Shown: positions 61,839 to 64,000 of the stretch, piece by piece
Position numbering within the stretch: the stretch's first letter is position 1
Layout of the letters: the number at the start of each line of letters is the position of its first letter
Source of the DNA: Candidatus Saganbacteria bacterium
Lineage (GTDB): Bacteria; Margulisbacteria; WOR-1; XYC2-FULL-46-14; WPAF01
DNA length: 64,000 nucleotides
Direction: 5' to 3'
Assembly (NCBI GenBank): GCA_009772965.1
Contig: WPAF01000003.1
Coordinates: forward strand, 977-64,976
The notes under the pieces: generated by a model
What the model was told of the DNA's origin: nothing
Seen by the model: the letters and a program-made list of their open reading frames with translations, nothing else
Database searches by the model: none
Made by a program: the position numbers and the translations under genes

Positions 61839-62513
61839 ATGAAACAAATAATAGCTTCATGGAGCGGGGGCAAAGATAGCTGCTTTGCCTGTTATAAGGC
61901 GCTGCAGTCAGGCCTGGAAGTTTCATATATTTTAAATTCGATCTCAAAAAAATTTAAAAGGTCTTCTTTCCATGGCGTAAGAGAAAAACTTTTGGAATTG
62001 CAGTCAGAGAACATAGGAATTCCTCTTTGCAAAAATTGGGTTACGGCTAAAAGTTATGAAAATAGTTTTAAGGCCTTAATCCGCAAGTTGAAGCCTCGGG
62101 GGGTAATTTTTGGAGACATTGATTTGCAGGAGCACCGAGATTGGATTGAGCGGGTTTGCAGGGAAATCGGAGTAAAGCCTTATATGCCGCTGTGGGGGTC
62201 TGATCAAGAAAAATTGCTTATAGAATTTGTTGAGGCGGGATTTAAAGCAATAGTTGTAGCGGCAAACGCAAAAATATTTGGCAAAGAATGGTTAGGACGC
62301 AAAGTTGACAAAAAATTTCTTGCTGATTTAAAAAAACTTCCGGTTACCCCCTGCGGAGAATTAGGCGAATACCATACTTTTGTAATCGATGGCCCGCTTT
62401 TTAGGAAGCCCGTAGAAATTAGTTATGGAAAAACAGTATTACGAAGGGGTTATTGGTTTTTAGATTTGGAACCCTGCCTGCCTGCCTGCCGGTCAGGCAG
62501 GGTAACAACATGA
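61839..62513 (+). CDS. PP-loop ATP pyrophosphatase, Dph6/MJ0570-related (DUF71)
   Basis: 224 aa with an N-terminal SWSGGKDS PP-loop. The C-terminal tail (..EPCLPACRSGRVTT) is encoded by the 62471 hairpin. Confidence 0.75.
   Translation: MKQIIASWSGGKDSCFACYKALQSGLEVSYILNSISKKFKRSSFHGVREKLLELQSENIGIPLCKNWVTAKSYENSFKALIRKLKPRGVIFGDIDLQEHRDWIERVCREIGVKPYMPLWGSDQEKLLIEFVEAGFKAIVVAANAKIFGKEWLGRKVDKKFLADLKKLPVTPCGELGEYHTFVIDGPLFRKPVEISYGKTVLRRGYWFLDLEPCLPACRSGRVTT
62471..62503. repeat. GC-rich hairpin related to the CTGCCTGCC..GGCAGGCAG element
   Basis: ACCCTGCCTG (62471-62480) pairs perfectly with CAGGCAGGGT (62494-62503). The loop CCTGCCTGCCGGT repeats the CCTG unit. It sits 6 nt before the cobS ATG. 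Confidence 0.7.
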
Positions 62514-63253
62514 AAAACCTACTTACTGCTATCCAATTTTTGACGCGAATACCTGTTCCGGGACAGGTAGGGAATGGAAAGATGTCAAGATCCATGCCCT
62601 ACTTCCCGGCGGTGGGCTTGCTTATAGGCGGAATTTTAGTAATTATAAATTTGACGCTTTCACCTTTTTTCCCGCGGCTTTTAGTGGATGTTTTATTGCT
62701 TATCACTTTAATACTGGTTACCGGGGCTTTTCATCTGGATGGTTTTGCGGATACTATTGACGGTTTTTATGCCGGGAGATCAAAGGAAGAAGCATTAAAA
62801 ATTATGAGAGACGCGCGGATCGGCGCCATGGCGGTAATTGGTTTGATTTGCTTATTGGGATTAAAACTGGCGCTTTTATACGAAATTCCAGAAATGTTTA
62901 AGAGTATTTCACTTTTAGTTATGCCCGTAATCGGGCGATGGATGATGGCGCTTTCCGGCGCGGTATCCGCCTATGCGCGGTCATCAGGCGGGTTAGGTGA
63001 AGCTTTTACCAATCGAGTGGGGCTAAAAGATTTTATATATGCCAGTTTCTTGCCGGTGGTTTTAATTTTAGGATTGCTTCAGATCAGAGGGATTATACTT
63101 ATATTTTTGGCGGTTATTTTTACTTTATGCCTAACTGCGTATATTAAAAAGAAAATTGGCGGCATGACCGGCGATACTTTGGGCGCTGTTAATGAAATAG
63201 TGGAAGTGATGGTTTTATTGAGCATCTTAATGATGGCAGGTTTTAATTTATGA
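62510..63253 (+). CDS. cobS: Adenosylcobinamide-GDP ribazoletransferase (cobalamin synthase)
   Basis: The N-terminus MKNLLTAIQFLTRIPVP is the typical CobS start. The protein is polytopic with a DGFAD motif. I prefer the ATG at 62510 to the track start at 62453. Confidence 0.88.
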   Translation: MKNLLTAIQFLTRIPVPGQVGNGKMSRSMPYFPAVGLLIGGILVIINLTLSPFFPRLLVDVLLLITLILVTGAFHLDGFADTIDGFYAGRSKEEALKIMRDARIGAMAVIGLICLLGLKLALLYEIPEMFKSISLLVMPVIGRWMMALSGAVSAYARSSGGLGEAFTNRVGLKDFIYASFLPVVLILGLLQIRGIILIFLAVIFTLCLTAYIKKKIGGMTGDTLGAVNEIVEVMVLLSILMMAGFNL

Positions 63254-63816
63254 GGTTAATTTTAGTCAGGCACGGCGAAACTGATAATAATATGAAATAT
63301 AATGGGATTACGGATGTGTCTTTAAGCCATAATGGGCGCTTGCAAGCCGAATTAATTAAAAAGAGGTTGGAGAACGAGCCCATAGCAAAGATTTATACCA
63401 GCGATCTTTCCCGCGCGGTGGAGACCGCTAAAACGATCAATTTGCCGCATGGGGTAGATTTAGAAATAGAGCCGGATCTTCGCGAGATAAATTTTGGACT
63501 TTGGGAAGGCCTTACATTTTCTGAAATAAATATTCGATATAATGAGCAGTTTAAAAAATGGATGGAAAAGACAACCGATTTCAGGTTTCCCGAAGGAGAA
63601 ACACTTGGAGAAGTAAGGAAGCGGGCGGCCAAAGTTTTAACCAGGATTAAAAAAGAGCAGAAAGATATTATTATGGTGGGACATGGCGGGCCGATAAGGA
63701 TAATACTTTGTGAGGTTTTAAATTTGGACTTATCAAATTTTTGGAAAATAAGCATTGATCAAGGAAGCATTAATGTTGTCAAGCTAGAAAAGGGGGGAGC
63801 CGTTTGGCTAAATTGA
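63250..63816 (+). CDS. cobC: Alpha-ribazole phosphatase (histidine phosphatase family)
   Basis: 188 aa with the RHGET motif (LVRHGETDNN) and a downstream GHGG. It sits between cobS and cobU. Confidence 0.8.
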   Translation: MRLILVRHGETDNNMKYNGITDVSLSHNGRLQAELIKKRLENEPIAKIYTSDLSRAVETAKTINLPHGVDLEIEPDLREINFGLWEGLTFSEINIRYNEQFKKWMEKTTDFRFPEGETLGEVRKRAAKVLTRIKKEQKDIIMVGHGGPIRIILCEVLNLDLSNFWKISIDQGSINVVKLEKGGAVWLN

Positions 63817-64000
63817 TATTGATCCTTGGCGGGGCGCGAAGCGGAAAATCTACCTACGCCGCACAACTGGCCAGCTCCTGTAAAAAAGTTGCTTATATCG
63901 CAACCGCTCGCAGGGACGATGACCCGGAGATGAAGGAAAGAATTAAAGAACATCAAAGAATAAGGCCAGCGGGCTGGTTGACTGTTGAAGAACCTCTGGC
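63804..64000 (+). CDS. cobU: Adenosylcobinamide kinase / adenosylcobinamide-phosphate guanylyltransferase (partial, runs off window)
   Basis: My translation from the TTG at 63804 is (M)AKLILILGGARSGKSTYAAQLA...VAYIATA...DDPEMKERIKEHQ..RP..W.T.EEP. The P-loop GGARSGKS is present and an AGGGGGGAG RBS lies upstream. Confidence 0.8.
   Translation, partial: MAKLILILGGARSGKSTYAAQLASSCKKVAYIATARRDDDPEMKERIKEHQRIRPAGWLTVEEPL

Noticed and set aside
62453-62509. Upstream start for cobS given by the ORF track (MVFRFGTLPACLPVRQGNN...).
   Set aside because: The extension is encoded by the GC hairpin and overlaps the previous gene by 61 nt. The canonical CobS N-terminus (MKNLLTAIQFLTRIPVP) begins at 62510.

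Overview
This window is the chromosomal replication-origin neighbourhood (mnmE-jag-yidC-yidD-rnpA-rpmH <> dnaA-dnaN-DUF721-gyrB-gyrA) of a compact, fairly AT-rich bacterial genome. The organism looks diderm (lpxD, skp, a TonB-dependent receptor, PorV/PorQ-like and other beta-barrel proteins). Its gene order is Firmicute-like (pth-mfd, cinA-recA-rny-ymdB), so an uncultivated lineage is likely; this is inference only. I support about 70 protein genes and two tandem tRNA-Pro genes, and I saw no rRNA and no CRISPR array. Genes are tightly packed, with many 4-20 nt overlaps, including convergent 3' overlaps.

Most of the window is housekeeping, but three accessory patches stand out.

1. 11.7-13.1 kb: an AbiE-type toxin-antitoxin pair in reversed gene order. 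It abuts a glycine-cleavage operon that lacks gcvPB and has a shortened gcvPA.
2. 20.2-26.4 kb: a defence-type island. It holds RhuM + Fic, an uncharacterised three-gene operon (4-TM protein, small Rx4H/HEPN-like protein, membrane-anchored protein), a PD40 propeller protein, a truncated DinD and several gene remnants. The island is partitioned by a 42-bp and a 20-bp direct repeat pair. The three-gene operon is my best candidate for an undescribed system.
3. 41.6-47.4 kb: an AT-rich block with two unknown lipoproteins, a 582-aa protein with a transglutaminase/papain-like Cys-His-Asp/Asn signature, and a DUF4143 AAA ATPase. The ATPase gene is bracketed by a diverged duplicate of the 3' end of ymdB.

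Other oddities:
- A 21-nt near-palindrome is inserted in frame in both yidD and valS.
- rnpA has no canonical start codon.
- A RayT-type transposase gene contains a 36-bp perfect palindrome.
- A cobalamin-salvage cluster sits at the right edge.

All homology statements come from motif reading and memory. No searches were run.
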